Source of the DNA: Dehalococcoidia bacterium
GTDB taxonomy: Bacteria > Chloroflexota > Dehalococcoidia > UBA2979
Direction of reading: 5' to 3'
Assembly (NCBI GenBank): GCA_965208885.1
Contig: CBDBPS010000002.1
Coordinates: forward strand, 325,200 to 389,199
Length of the DNA stretch: 64,000 nt
This document shows positions 1 to 12,172 of this stretch, piece after piece; position 1 is the stretch's first letter; each line of letters starts with the position of its first letter. The notes beneath the pieces are model-generated. The model was not told the DNA's origin, did no database searches, and saw only the letters and a program-made list of their open reading frames with translations. A program made the translations under genes and the position numbers.

Positions 1-1071
1 GAACGCGTCCTGGCCCCACAGCACGCCCTCGGGGTTGAGCGGCTCGCCGACGGACATGACGTAGCGCAGCGAGGAGAGGTCACGCGAACGCGCGGAGTCG
101 ACGCCCGCCTTCATGAGCATGCGGATCGCCGTCGGCGCGGTGTACCAGACGGTGACATTGTGGCGCTGGATCGCCTCGTACCAGCGGCCGGCGCCGAAGC
201 CACCCTCGTAGACCAGGTTCGTCACCCCGTTCGTCCAGGGGGCGAACATGTGATAGCTCGTGCCGGTCACCCAGCCCGGGTCCGCGGTGCACCAGTAGAT
301 GTCGTCGGGGTGCAGGTCGATGACGTGCTTGCCGGTGGCGTAGTGCCCGATCACGGCGTTGTGGACGTGGGCCGCGCCCTTGGGCAGGCCCGTGGTGCCT
401 GAGGTGAAGTGCATCACGGACCAGTCCTCGGGGCCGGTCGGCTCGTTCTCGAACTCCTCGGACGCGCCCTCGGTCATCTCCATGTAGTCGAGGTTGCCCT
501 CGCCGGCCTCGACGCCCTGGCGGTGGCCGATGACCACGACGTGCTCGAGCGAGGGCAGGTCGTCGCGGATGGCGTCGATCTTGGACAGCAGGTTCGGGGT
601 GGTGACCACCATCACGCCCTCGGCGCGGCGGATGCGCTCCATGACGGCCTCGGGGCCGAACGCCGAGAACAGCGGGGCGATGATCGCGCCGCGCTTGAGC
701 GTGCCGAAGATGGCGAAGTAGAGCTCCGGGATGCGGTCGGTGAAGAAGAAGACGCGGTCGGCCTTCTGGATGCCGAGGTCGGTGATCGCGTTGGCCCACT
801 TGTTGGCCTCGCGCTGCATGTCCTTGAACGTGTAGTTCGTGACCTCGCCGTCGGTCGCCTCGTAGATCATCGCGATCTTGTCGCCGAGTGCGCCATTGGC
901 GTGGCGGTCGATGCACTCGTGCGCGAGGTTGTAGGAGCCGCCGGGCAGGTCGAGCTCGGCGACGATGTCGTCCCAGTTCCAGTTGGCGCGCAGGTCGTCG
1001 TAGTCAGCCAGGTTCGGCGGCGCGCCATGTGCCGCGGCGTCCTTCGCGATCTCGGCGTAATCCGTGACCAT
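1..1071 (-). CDS. acsA: Acetate--CoA ligase (acetyl-CoA synthetase), 5' part; continues beyond the window start
   Basis: Manual translation from ATG at 1071 (MVTDYAEIAK...) gives the AMP-binding motif MHFTSGTTGLPKG and DDIYWCTADPGWVTG; no stop before base 1. Confidence 0.9.
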   Translation of the reverse strand, partial: MVTDYAEIAKDAAAHGAPPNLADYDDLRANWNWDDIVAELDLPGGSYNLAHECIDRHANGALGDKIAMIYEATDGEVTNYTFKDMQREANKWANAITDLGIQKADRVFFFTDRIPELYFAIFGTLKRGAIIAPLFSAFGPEAVMERIRRAEGVMVVTTPNLLSKIDAIRDDLPSLEHVVVIGHRQGVEAGEGNLDYMEMTEGASEEFENEPTGPEDWSVMHFTSGTTGLPKGAAHVHNAVIGHYATGKHVIDLHPDDIYWCTADPGWVTGTSYHMFAPWTNGVTNLVYEGGFGAGRWYEAIQRHNVTVWYTAPTAIRMLMKAGVDSARSRDLSSLRYVMSVGEPLNPEGVLWGQDAF

Positions 1072-1216
1072 AACGGGTCTCCCTCCGCTGACCGACGCTC
1101 CGGAAACAGGTGCGCCGAGTATATCGCAGCCCCGCCCCCATCGAGACGTGCCGGCAGATCGTGGGAGCGCTTCGCGCCGGAATCGGCTACCCTGAGCCCG
1201 CAAACGGGGACTCACG

Positions 1217-1834
1217 ATGACATACGAATCAGACATCGAAGAGCGCGGCCCCGAGGTCTCCATGACGGAGCCCGCCATCGACCGCCTCAAGAACCTCATC
1301 GCCAACGCCGGCGACCCGCCCGTCTCGGGCATCCGCCTCCAGATCACCAAGCGCAGTGCGCACGGCTTCGAGCACCTGCTCTCCATGGTCGACGCCGGAC
1401 GCGAGCCCGAGGAGGACTACGAGCTCGACTTCGACGGGCTCGCCCTCTTTGTCGAGGGCGCAAACGCGGAGTACCTCGATGGCATCTCGGTGCACTGGGA
1501 GTACAAGGGCGAGGGCGTCAACGGCTTCGACTTCGACAACCCGAACCCGCCCTGGCGCGACCCGCTGGCGATGCAGATCCAGCACCTCTTCGACACGAGC
1601 ATCAACCCCGGCATCGCCTCCCACGGGGGCTTCGTCGACCTGCTCGGTGTCGAGGGCAAGGTGGCCTACATCCAGCTTGGCGGCGGCTGCCAGGGCTGCG
1701 GCCTCGCCGACGTGACGCTCAAGCAGGGCATCGCCGTCGCCATCAAGGAAGCTGTGCCCGAGATCGAGGAGGTCGCCGACGCGACCGACCACGAGGCCGG
1801 CACGAACCCCTACTTCCAGCCCTCGAAGAAGTAG
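1217..1834 (+). CDS. nfuA: NfuA-type Fe-S cluster carrier (degenerate A-type domain plus NifU-C domain)
   Basis: INPGIASHGG...LGGGCQGCG...TLKQGI...DATDH..G.NPYF motifs. Confidence 0.88.
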   Translation: MTYESDIEERGPEVSMTEPAIDRLKNLIANAGDPPVSGIRLQITKRSAHGFEHLLSMVDAGREPEEDYELDFDGLALFVEGANAEYLDGISVHWEYKGEGVNGFDFDNPNPPWRDPLAMQIQHLFDTSINPGIASHGGFVDLLGVEGKVAYIQLGGGCQGCGLADVTLKQGIAVAIKEAVPEIEEVADATDHEAGTNPYFQPSKK

Positions 1835-3282
1835 TGCCCGACGGCCCCGCGGCATCCCCGCACGCCCCGGCGGCGCGTGTCCTGCTGCTCTCGACGTATG
1901 AGATGGGGCACCAGCCGCTCAGCCTGGCCGCACCCGCAGCAGCGCTGCGCGCACGCGGCCACAACGTCGACGTGCTCGACCTCGCCGTCGACCCGCTCGA
2001 CGAGGCGCGCGTGCGAGCGGCCGACCTGATCGCGCTGTCGATCCCGATGCACACCGCCTCGAGGCTCGCGCTGCAGCTCGTGCCGCGGCTGCGAGCGTTG
2101 CGGCCGGATGCCACGATCGTGCTCTACGGCCTGTACGCCGGGCTGCTCGGCGACCTCCGCATGAGCGGCGTCGTCGATGCGGTCGCGGGTGGCGAGTACG
2201 AGCCGGCCCTGTGCGACCTCGCCGACCGCGTCGCGGCCGACAGCGGCATCGATGGTCCGCTCTTGCCCGACGCCGCATTCGCGCGACAGGACTACCCCGT
2301 CCCCGACCGCGCCGGCCTGCCGTCCCTCGACCGCTACGCGCAGCTCCAGACCGCGGACGGGTTCGCCATTGCGGGCTACGTCGAGGCGACGCGGGGTTGC
2401 GCACACCAGTGCCTGCACTGTCCCGTCACCGCCGCCTATGACGGGCGGCTGCGCCTCGTCGCCCCCGAGACGGTGCTCGCCGACATCGACCAGCAGGTGG
2501 AGGGCGGCGCCGAGCACATCACGTTCGGCGATCCCGACTTCCTCAACGCCGTGCCACACTCGCTCGCGATCACCGAGGGGCTGCACGAGCGTCACCCGTC
2601 GCTGAGCTTCGACATCACGACGAAGGTCGAACACCTCCTCGAGCACGCCGACGTGCTCCCGCGGCTGCGCGAGCTCGGATGCCTGTTCGTGACCTCGGCG
2701 TTCGAGGCGACGAGCGACGAGGTGCTCCGTGAACTCGACAAGGGCCACACCGCCGCAGACCTCGTCCCCGCCATCGAGGCGTGCGAGGCCGCCGACCTCG
2801 CGATGCGCCCGACGTGGATGACGTTCACGCCGTGGACCACGGCCGAGGACCTCGCCGACATGCTCGCGTTCATCGAGGCGCATGGGCTCGTCGAGCGCGT
2901 GCCGCCGGTGCAGTACGGGCTCAGGCTGCTGCTGCCGCCGGGCTCGCCGCTGATCGCGCCGATCCACGCGCAGGGCCTCCTCGGCGACTACGACGCCGAG
3001 ACGCTCACGTACGAGTGGCGCCCACTCGACGAGCGCGTCGACCCGCTACAGCGCACCATCGCCGACCTCGTGGCCGAGCAGCACACCGACATCCACGCGG
3101 GCCACGCCCGCACGTTCAGCCTCGTGCGCGATGCGATCCTCGAGGTCACCGGGCAGCCGGCTCCCGCGACGGCCGCGCCGCCACGCGTCCTCCCGGCAAC
3201 GCCGGGGCTCACGGAGAGCTGGTTCTGCTGAGCGGAGCCCACCGCGAAGCAGTCTGCTTCGCTCGACCTCATCACCCTCTAG
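1834..3282 (+). CDS. B12-binding-like radical SAM protein with CUAEP tail; probable selenoprotein (Sec at TGA 3229-3231)
   Basis: GTG start overlaps the nfuA stop; N-terminal GHQPLSLA..ALRARGH cobalamin-binding-like domain; RGCAHQCLHC (CxxxCxxC); frame reads ESWFC-TGA-AEPTAKQSASLDLITL-TAG. Confidence 0.85.
3244..3262 (+). promoter_or_regulatory. Putative bacterial SECIS hairpin
   Basis: GCGAAGCA-GTC-TGCTTCGC is a perfect 8-bp stem starting 12 nt after the in-frame TGA, with a G-containing apical loop. Confidence 0.7.
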
Positions 3283-3305
3283 CCAGGCGACGCAACCAGC
3301 CCCAG

Positions 3306-3665
3306 CTACTCCGCCGGCGGCGTCTCCTCGTGGACGATGCCGACGACGTTGCCCGCGGGGTCCGCGAAGAGCGCCATAGTGACCATGCCGGGGATCGTCG
3401 TGATCTCCTGTACGACCTGGCCGCCGAGCGCCGTCACGCGGTCGAGGTATGCCTGCAGGTCGTTGACCTCGATGTAGATGGTGACGCCGGACTGCTCGGC
3501 GGCCGTGATGCCGCCGCCGATGCTCGTCTCCGTCTGCGGTTCGACGAGGCCGTACGCCATCGGGTTCTCGGCGTTGACCTCCCAGTCGAAGGCCTGGGCG
3601 TAGAACTGCTGCAGCGCGCCGCCGTCCTCGCCTGCGATATCAAAGTGCACGATGGGATTGGGCAT
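3306..3665 (-). CDS. VOC/glyoxalase family protein
   Basis: MPNPIVHFDI...FYAQAFDW...YIEVNDL...GG...ALFADPAGNVVGI. Confidence 0.85.
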   Translation of the reverse strand: MPNPIVHFDIAGEDGGALQQFYAQAFDWEVNAENPMAYGLVEPQTETSIGGGITAAEQSGVTIYIEVNDLQAYLDRVTALGGQVVQEITTIPGMVTMALFADPAGNVVGIVHEETPPAE

Positions 3666-3858
3666 GCGTGGCCCCTCTCGGTGAATGGGTGGGAACGATG
3701 TGCCGGCGGACGAGCCGCCTCGATCAAGCTAGCACGGGACGAGGCTGCAAGCGCGTCCACCGCTGGCCCGAATCAATATAACTATCGTGCTGTGACGACT
3801 ATTGTCATGGACGAGTGCATGGCGTAGGGTCGGTAGACTGGCAAGAGGGTGAGGCGAG

Positions 3859-4251
3859 ATGGCCACGCGCGATCTGGTTGAAGTCGCTGACCACGCCGCC
3901 CAGGCGCGGGAGTTCCTGGCGAAGTCCCGGGAGTACCTGGCCGAGGGTGCCCTGCATCAGGCCTCCGAGAAGGGCTGGGGCGCGGCCGCACATATGGCCA
4001 AGGCTGTCGCAGTGGCACAGGGCTGGGAGTACGCGACCCACGCCGACTTCAGCGTCGTCTTGAACCGCGCGTGGCAGTTGACCAACGAGGACCGGCTTCG
4101 GGCTCTGCGAGGCATCGCCAACGACCTGCACGGCAACTACTACCGACGCAAGAGGCACCTCGACTCCGCAGTGATTGGCGAGGACATCGAGAGCGTCGCC
4201 GAGTTGGTGGAGATCCTCGCGCCGCTCACCGACTCGCCCGCGGACGATTAG
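3859..4251 (+). CDS. PaREP1-like (HEPN-fold) protein
   Basis: LAEGALHQASEKGWGAAAHMAKAVA...H...LHGNYY pattern; RBS-like GAGG upstream. Confidence 0.7.
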   Translation: MATRDLVEVADHAAQAREFLAKSREYLAEGALHQASEKGWGAAAHMAKAVAVAQGWEYATHADFSVVLNRAWQLTNEDRLRALRGIANDLHGNYYRRKRHLDSAVIGEDIESVAELVEILAPLTDSPADD

Positions 4252-4277
4252 GCACCGCCGCTCGAACCCCTCGGCTG

Positions 4278-5576
4278 CTACGAGAGCGCGCGCGGCGCCT
4301 CCGCTCCCTGCTCGAACGCGAGTGCCGCAGCCCCATCGCGATCGTCGACGATGTCGATGCGCAGCAGCGCGTGAGCCTCGCGCAGCACTGCCTCGACGTC
4401 CCCGGGCTGTCCGCCTCGCGCGAAGATGAAGCCGAGGTACTCGCTGCCCTCGGGGAGTGGCGTCACAGCGTGACCCAGCGGGATCGTGATAGCGATGCCG
4501 GCGACGCCCGTGACGGCGCGCGCCGCAGCGAGTCCCTCGACGCGCCGCAGACGGCCCGCGCGCGGAATCGGGATCATCATCACGCCGGACGCCGCGCTCG
4601 TCCGCTCGATGCTGGTCGCGGGGGCGCCCACCGCGTGACTCAGCAGCAGTTCTTCGAGGCTGACCCCGGCGCCGAACCGCAGCGTCCGCGAACACAGGCC
4701 GCCGATGCTCCTCGCGGCGATGTCGACCGGCCAGACGCCCTCGTCGTTGATGCGCACCTCGGCGTGCAGGGGTCCATCGCGCAGCCCGAGCGCGCGTGCC
4801 GCGTCGGCGGCGGTCCGGCGGACCTCCTTCTGCCGCTCGGGCGAGAGCCGCGAGGGCGTCACGTAGATCGTCTCCTCGAAGTACGGGCCCACGAGTGGGT
4901 CGGGCTTGTCGAAGATGGCGAGCACATCGAGCTCGCCGTCGGTGAGCAGGCCTTCGACGGAGACCTCCTCGCCGGGAATGTAGCCCTCGATGAGCACGCG
5001 GTCGTCAGTGCCCATGCACTCGCCTGCGACCGCGGGGTCGCTGAGGAGCGCACGCAGCCGCTCGAACGCTGCGACGAACTCGGTCTCGTCGTTAGCTCGG
5101 ATCACGCCGCGGCTGGCGGACAGCGAGAGCGGCTTCACAACGCAAGGGAGCGGCGCCTCGGCGGCTATGGCGCGCGGATCCGCGTCGACCGGTGCGACCA
5201 TCCACGGCGGCGAGAGCACCCCGCCTGCCTCGAGCCGTTCACGCAGCAGCGACTTGTCGCGGGTCCCCGCCACGGCGTCGACGGTGTTGTGCGGCAGGCC
5301 CAGGCGCTCGGATGCGCGCGCAGCTGCCAGCGTTCCGGCGTCGTCGACCGCGACGATAGCGGCGAGGGGTCGCTCGGTCGCGAACGCCTCGATGGCGTCG
5401 GCAGCGGCGTCCGCATTGCCGAGCGGCAGCGCGACCGTGGCGCCGGGCAGGAATGACTCGACGGCCGACCGCTCATCCGAGCCCACCACCACGTCCACGT
5501 CGAGTTGCGCAGCAGCGGCCATGAAGTCGGGCGCGCGGTAGCTGGCGCTGGGGATCAGCAGGAGCACGCGTGCCAT
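4278..5576 (-). CDS. ATP-grasp domain protein
   Basis: Start MARVLLLIPSASYRA after GGAGG; RDKSLLRERL, VVKPLSLSASRGV, IEGYIPGEEVSVEG, GPLHAEVR. Confidence 0.85.
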   Translation of the reverse strand: MARVLLLIPSASYRAPDFMAAAAQLDVDVVVGSDERSAVESFLPGATVALPLGNADAAADAIEAFATERPLAAIVAVDDAGTLAAARASERLGLPHNTVDAVAGTRDKSLLRERLEAGGVLSPPWMVAPVDADPRAIAAEAPLPCVVKPLSLSASRGVIRANDETEFVAAFERLRALLSDPAVAGECMGTDDRVLIEGYIPGEEVSVEGLLTDGELDVLAIFDKPDPLVGPYFEETIYVTPSRLSPERQKEVRRTAADAARALGLRDGPLHAEVRINDEGVWPVDIAARSIGGLCSRTLRFGAGVSLEELLLSHAVGAPATSIERTSAASGVMMIPIPRAGRLRRVEGLAAARAVTGVAGIAITIPLGHAVTPLPEGSEYLGFIFARGGQPGDVEAVLREAHALLRIDIVDDRDGAAALAFEQGAEAPRALS

Positions 5577-5645
5577 CGGGCCTCCGGTAGTGGTTGTCGG
5601 CCTCGGTAGCATCGATTGTAGCCGCACGGTCGAGGGAGCACCGCG

Positions 5646-6368
5646 ATGCTGCAGGCCCGCACCCACATTGGGCTCGTGCGCGCGACGAACCAGGACATCG
5701 CGCTCGCCGAGCGGCTGCCCGACGGCAGCAGCTTGCTGGTGGCCGCCGACGGCGTCGGTGGCATCCCGGGCGGCGCGGTCGCCTCGCGCACCGCCGTCGA
5801 CGCGCTCGCCGAGGCGCTGCGCGCGGCCGGCGACGAACCACCCGACGCGGCGCTGCGGCGGGCGTCCGCGGCAGCGAACGACGCGGTGCGCGCGAGGCAG
5901 CAAGGCGACCTCGCCCGCATGAGTACGACGCTGGTCGCCGCACTCATCCACGACGCCACCGCGTGGGTCGCCAACATCGGGGACAGCCGTGCGTACCTCG
6001 TGGCCGACGGCGGGGCGCGCCAACTGACGCTCGACCACTCGTGGGTAGAGGAAGGGATCCGCTCGGGTGAGCTCGCGCCGGACGACCCGTTGGTCGCGCT
6101 CAACCGCCACGTGATCACGCGCGCTATCGGCCTCGACGCCGACGCGCAGATCGACGTCTTCGGACCCATCGACGTGGCTCCCGGCAGCGTGCTGGTGCTG
6201 TGCACCGACGGCCTTCACGGCGTCCTCGACGACCGGGCTATCGCCGATGTGATCGCCGCGTCCGGGGGCGACTACGCGAGCGACCTGATCGACGTGCTGC
6301 TGGCGGCGGGCGCGCCGGACAACATCGGAGTTGCCGTCCTCGCAACGCGGCCAGGTAGGCGGACGTGA
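5646..6368 (+). CDS. PP2C-family Ser/Thr protein phosphatase
   Basis: R..NQD, VAADGVGG, NIGDSRAY, DHS, LCTDGL, DN motifs. Confidence 0.9.
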   Translation: MLQARTHIGLVRATNQDIALAERLPDGSSLLVAADGVGGIPGGAVASRTAVDALAEALRAAGDEPPDAALRRASAAANDAVRARQQGDLARMSTTLVAALIHDATAWVANIGDSRAYLVADGGARQLTLDHSWVEEGIRSGELAPDDPLVALNRHVITRAIGLDADAQIDVFGPIDVAPGSVLVLCTDGLHGVLDDRAIADVIAASGGDYASDLIDVLLAAGAPDNIGVAVLATRPGRRT

Positions 6369-6435
6369 TCCACGGGCTTGTCGTAGTACAGTGCCGACAA
6401 TCGATTTCACCCAGACACCCGCACGAGGAGAAGAG

Positions 6436-6756
6436 ATGCCCAAGTACCTGGTCAAGGCTTCGTACAATCCTGCCGGAGCGCAGGGACTGCTCGCGGAAGG
6501 CGGCTCAGCGCGCCGCGACGCCCTCACCGCCTCGATCGAGTCGGTCGGCGGGTCCGTCGACACGTTCCTGTACGCCTTCGGCGGCGACGACCTCTACATC
6601 GTCATGGACGTGCCCGACAACGCATCGGCCGCGGCGCTTGGCCTCGCTATCGGCGCGGCGGGCGCGATCACCTGGAACACCACGGTGATGCTGACGCCCG
6701 AGGAGATCGACGAAGCCGCCGGGAAGTCCATCACCTACCGCGCGCCCGGCGCGTAG
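6436..6756 (+). CDS. GYD domain-containing protein
   Basis: MPKYLVKASY..G..GLL.EGGSAR...SVGG...YAFG.DD; RBS GAGGAG. Confidence 0.8.
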   Translation: MPKYLVKASYNPAGAQGLLAEGGSARRDALTASIESVGGSVDTFLYAFGGDDLYIVMDVPDNASAAALGLAIGAAGAITWNTTVMLTPEEIDEAAGKSITYRAPGA

Positions 6757-6775
6757 GCCGTTCACGGCCGGCCCG

Positions 6776-7711
6776 CTAGAAGACCACGAGGGGGTTGACC
6801 GGGCTGCCGGTGCCCCCCGGCACGCGCAGCGGCGCGACGACGAGCAGGAACTCGTAGCGGCCCTCCTCGGCGCACGCCTCGGCGAGCGGCTGTAGCAGCG
6901 CGTTGTCGACAAGCGCGACGCCGAAGGCGTAGATGACCGGGTGCACGGCCCAGCCGAGCTCATACTCGTTGGGGCGCGCGTCCATCATGTCCCACACGAG
7001 CATCGCGACGTCGCGGTCGCGGATGTAGCCCATGCAGCTCGAGTGCAGGCCGGGCGCGGGCTCCTCGCGGTTGCCGAAGAAGAAGTCGGGGTTGGCGTCC
7101 TGGAACGCCTCGCGTCCGCTGTAGACGACGAGGGCGTCACCCGGGCGGACCTCGACGCCCTGCGCGTCGGCGATCTCCGCGAGCTCTGAGCCATGCACGG
7201 GCCGGTCGACGGTCACGTGCGGCTCGCCGCGGTGGCGCGGCACGTCGAGCAGGACGCCGCGAGTGATGATGCCGGTCTCCCAGGCCGTGACGTCGCCGAA
7301 CGTGACGCCCTCGCCCGTGACAAAGTCGTCGGGGTTGCGGCCCTGCCAGCCGCCTCGGTGGTCCCAGACGTGGCTCAGCGCGTCGAGGTGCGTGTGGTTG
7401 TGGCCGTGGTAGATGAAGCCGTAGTAGTCGACCACGGCTCCGCTCCGGTACGGGCGCTCAGCGCGGCGCATGAAGTGCTGCGCGGGCGTCGGGTTCGTCG
7501 GGCCCGGCTCCTTCGGGTACGGCCGGCTGATGGAGACGACACGCCCCGTGCGCGCTAGCCCGAGCGCCTCCACCCGCTTCTGCGCATCGATGAGGTTGAC
7601 CGCACCGACCTGGTCATCGTCGCCCCAGCGGCCCCAGTTGTTGCGGTTCTCGAGCCAGCCGTGCACCTCGTCCATCGAGGGCGTCGCGCGCCCGTCCTGC
7701 TCGTCGGCCAT
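6776..7711 (-). CDS. Cyclase/kynurenine formamidase-like metal-dependent hydrolase
   Basis: NWGRWGDDDQVGAVN, HTHLDALSH, TRGVLLDV, GGTGSPVNP. Confidence 0.85.
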   Translation of the reverse strand: MADEQDGRATPSMDEVHGWLENRNNWGRWGDDDQVGAVNLIDAQKRVEALGLARTGRVVSISRPYPKEPGPTNPTPAQHFMRRAERPYRSGAVVDYYGFIYHGHNHTHLDALSHVWDHRGGWQGRNPDDFVTGEGVTFGDVTAWETGIITRGVLLDVPRHRGEPHVTVDRPVHGSELAEIADAQGVEVRPGDALVVYSGREAFQDANPDFFFGNREEPAPGLHSSCMGYIRDRDVAMLVWDMMDARPNEYELGWAVHPVIYAFGVALVDNALLQPLAEACAEEGRYEFLLVVAPLRVPGGTGSPVNPLVVF

Positions 7712-7829
7712 GGTGCCCCCTCGTCGCGTATGCAGGTTGCCGGGCGCGATGGTAGCGCGAGCCACGCGCTACCCCCACCACGGCGGTACGATGGGCCCGA
7801 CGACCACGCCACGCAGCCAAGGCCCGCCC

Positions 7830-8204
7830 ATGCCCGAGCAGTACGCCGCCACCGACACGCGCACCGGCCTCGAGGTGGTCGTGACGGGCGACTTCCCCGA
7901 GGACCCCGACGACCGCGTCCGCATCGCCCGCACGACGACGCTCTTCACGCGCCTCATGTCGACCATCCTCGCGATGGACAACAAGACGGAGCAGCGCGAG
8001 GGCTTCCGGGCGATCGAGACGCAGCTCGAGGTCGCCGAGGCGCTGCTGCGCCGGGACCTCGAGGAGGTGCAGAGCCTGATCCGCACGACCCTCGAAACCA
8101 TGGGGATGACGGAGGAGCGGCTCGAGGAGATCGAGGCGGAGCTGCGTCGCCACCTGGAGGAGTTCGGCGGCTTCGACCTGCCACCGTCCGAGCCTCGGCC
8201 GTAG
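7830..8204 (+). CDS. Hypothetical helical acidic protein (124 aa)
   Basis: Strong host-like GC3 codon bias; no motif recognised. Confidence 0.7.
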   Translation: MPEQYAATDTRTGLEVVVTGDFPEDPDDRVRIARTTTLFTRLMSTILAMDNKTEQREGFRAIETQLEVAEALLRRDLEEVQSLIRTTLETMGMTEERLEEIEAELRRHLEEFGGFDLPPSEPRP

Positions 8205-8250
8205 CAGGCGAGCGCTGCTACCGTCACGATTCCTGTGGTACACTGATCTC

Positions 8251-8481
8251 GTGAGAAATGTGACCATCGCGCTCGACGATGAGACTGCGCGCTGGGCCCG
8301 CGTCGAGGCGGCCCGGCAAGATACAAGCCTGTCACGATTGGTTGCCGGGCTGCTCCGGGAACACATGGCCCGCGACGATCGCTATGAACAAGCTCGCCAG
8401 GCATACCTCGCGCGGCCCCCCAGGGACCTCAGCTCCGAGTCCGGACCATATCCCTCCCGCGACGACCTGTACCGGCGGTGA
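8251..8481 (+). CDS. Ribbon-helix-helix antitoxin (VapB-like)
   Basis: MRNVTIALDDETARWARVEAA...TSLSRLV; overlaps the PIN gene (GTGA). Confidence 0.8.
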   Translation: MRNVTIALDDETARWARVEAARQDTSLSRLVAGLLREHMARDDRYEQARQAYLARPPRDLSSESGPYPSRDDLYRR

Positions 8482-8909
8482 GTGTCTTCGTCGACACGAA
8501 CGTGCTCGTCTATCTACAGGACAATCGCGATCCGCTCAAGCAGCGTCAGGCCCGTGCCTGGATTGATCATCTGTGGTCGTCACGCGATGGGCGTGTCAAC
8601 GCTCAGGTATTGAACGAGTACTACGTGACGGTGACAGGCCGCCTCCGGCCCGGCCTCACACGGGCGGAGGCGCGCGCCGACATTGAGTGGCTGACGGCCT
8701 GGAACCCACTACCGATCGACGCGGATCTCATCATCCACGCCCTTGATATTGGGTACGCCGCGTCGTTGTCCCACTGGGACGCGTTGATCGTCGCGGGAGC
8801 ACACCGCGCCGGCTGCGAACTCCTGCTCACGGAAGACCTCAACGACGGCCAGCAGATTGGAACTGTCACCGTGATCAACCCCTTCACACACGATCCCCCG
8901 GCGAGCTGA
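8478..8909 (+). CDS. vapC: PIN-domain toxin (VapC-like)
   Basis: [29 protein letters not shown]. Confidence 0.88.
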   Translation: MSVFVDTNVLVYLQDNRDPLKQRQARAWIDHLWSSRDGRVNAQVLNEYYVTVTGRLRPGLTRAEARADIEWLTAWNPLPIDADLIIHALDIGYAASLSHWDALIVAGAHRAGCELLLTEDLNDGQQIGTVTVINPFTHDPPAS

Positions 8910-8965
8910 CCGACTGGCGCCGCGTAGGCCCGCTGCGGCCACTGGCAGAGCCCGCCCGCCCCGGC

Positions 8966-8990
8966 TACGATGATCCCGAACGCCCATTCG
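8966..8990 (+). promoter_or_regulatory. uvrA -10 element (TACGAT) followed by a LexA/SOS-box-like site
   Basis: TACGAT at 8966-8971; CGAAC-GCCC-ATTCG at 8977-8990, one mismatch to CGAAC-N4-GTTCG. Confidence 0.55.
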
Positions 8991-9030
8991 ACCGTCGCGG
9001 ACTCCCCCTCGCCGCAATCGAGGTGACCCC

Positions 9031-12030
<3,000 letters not shown>

Positions 12031-12172
12031 GTCGCGCCCGCCCGGACGTTCCGGCAACCGCTGGGATCACCGCGGACCAGTTCAAGTCACGGACCGCGCA
12101 CGCGGCCCGCTCAAACTGGTCGGGAGATAGGGCGAGGGGATCAGCGAAGGCGCGCCGCGCCCCGCAACCTCT

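Noticed and set aside
409-1833. Long N-terminal extension of the 940-aa ORF 409-3231
   Set aside because: It overlaps acsA (antisense) and nfuA (other frame); the real gene starts at GTG 1834.
5577-6563. N-terminal 329 aa of the 761-aa ORF 4278-6563
   Set aside because: Antisense shadow of the PP2C and GYD genes; the ATP-grasp gene has its own RBS and ATG at 5576.
12075-12121. Imperfect inverted repeat between uvrA and the convergent gene
   Set aside because: Short, interrupted arms; at most a terminator-like structure, not a supportable ncRNA.
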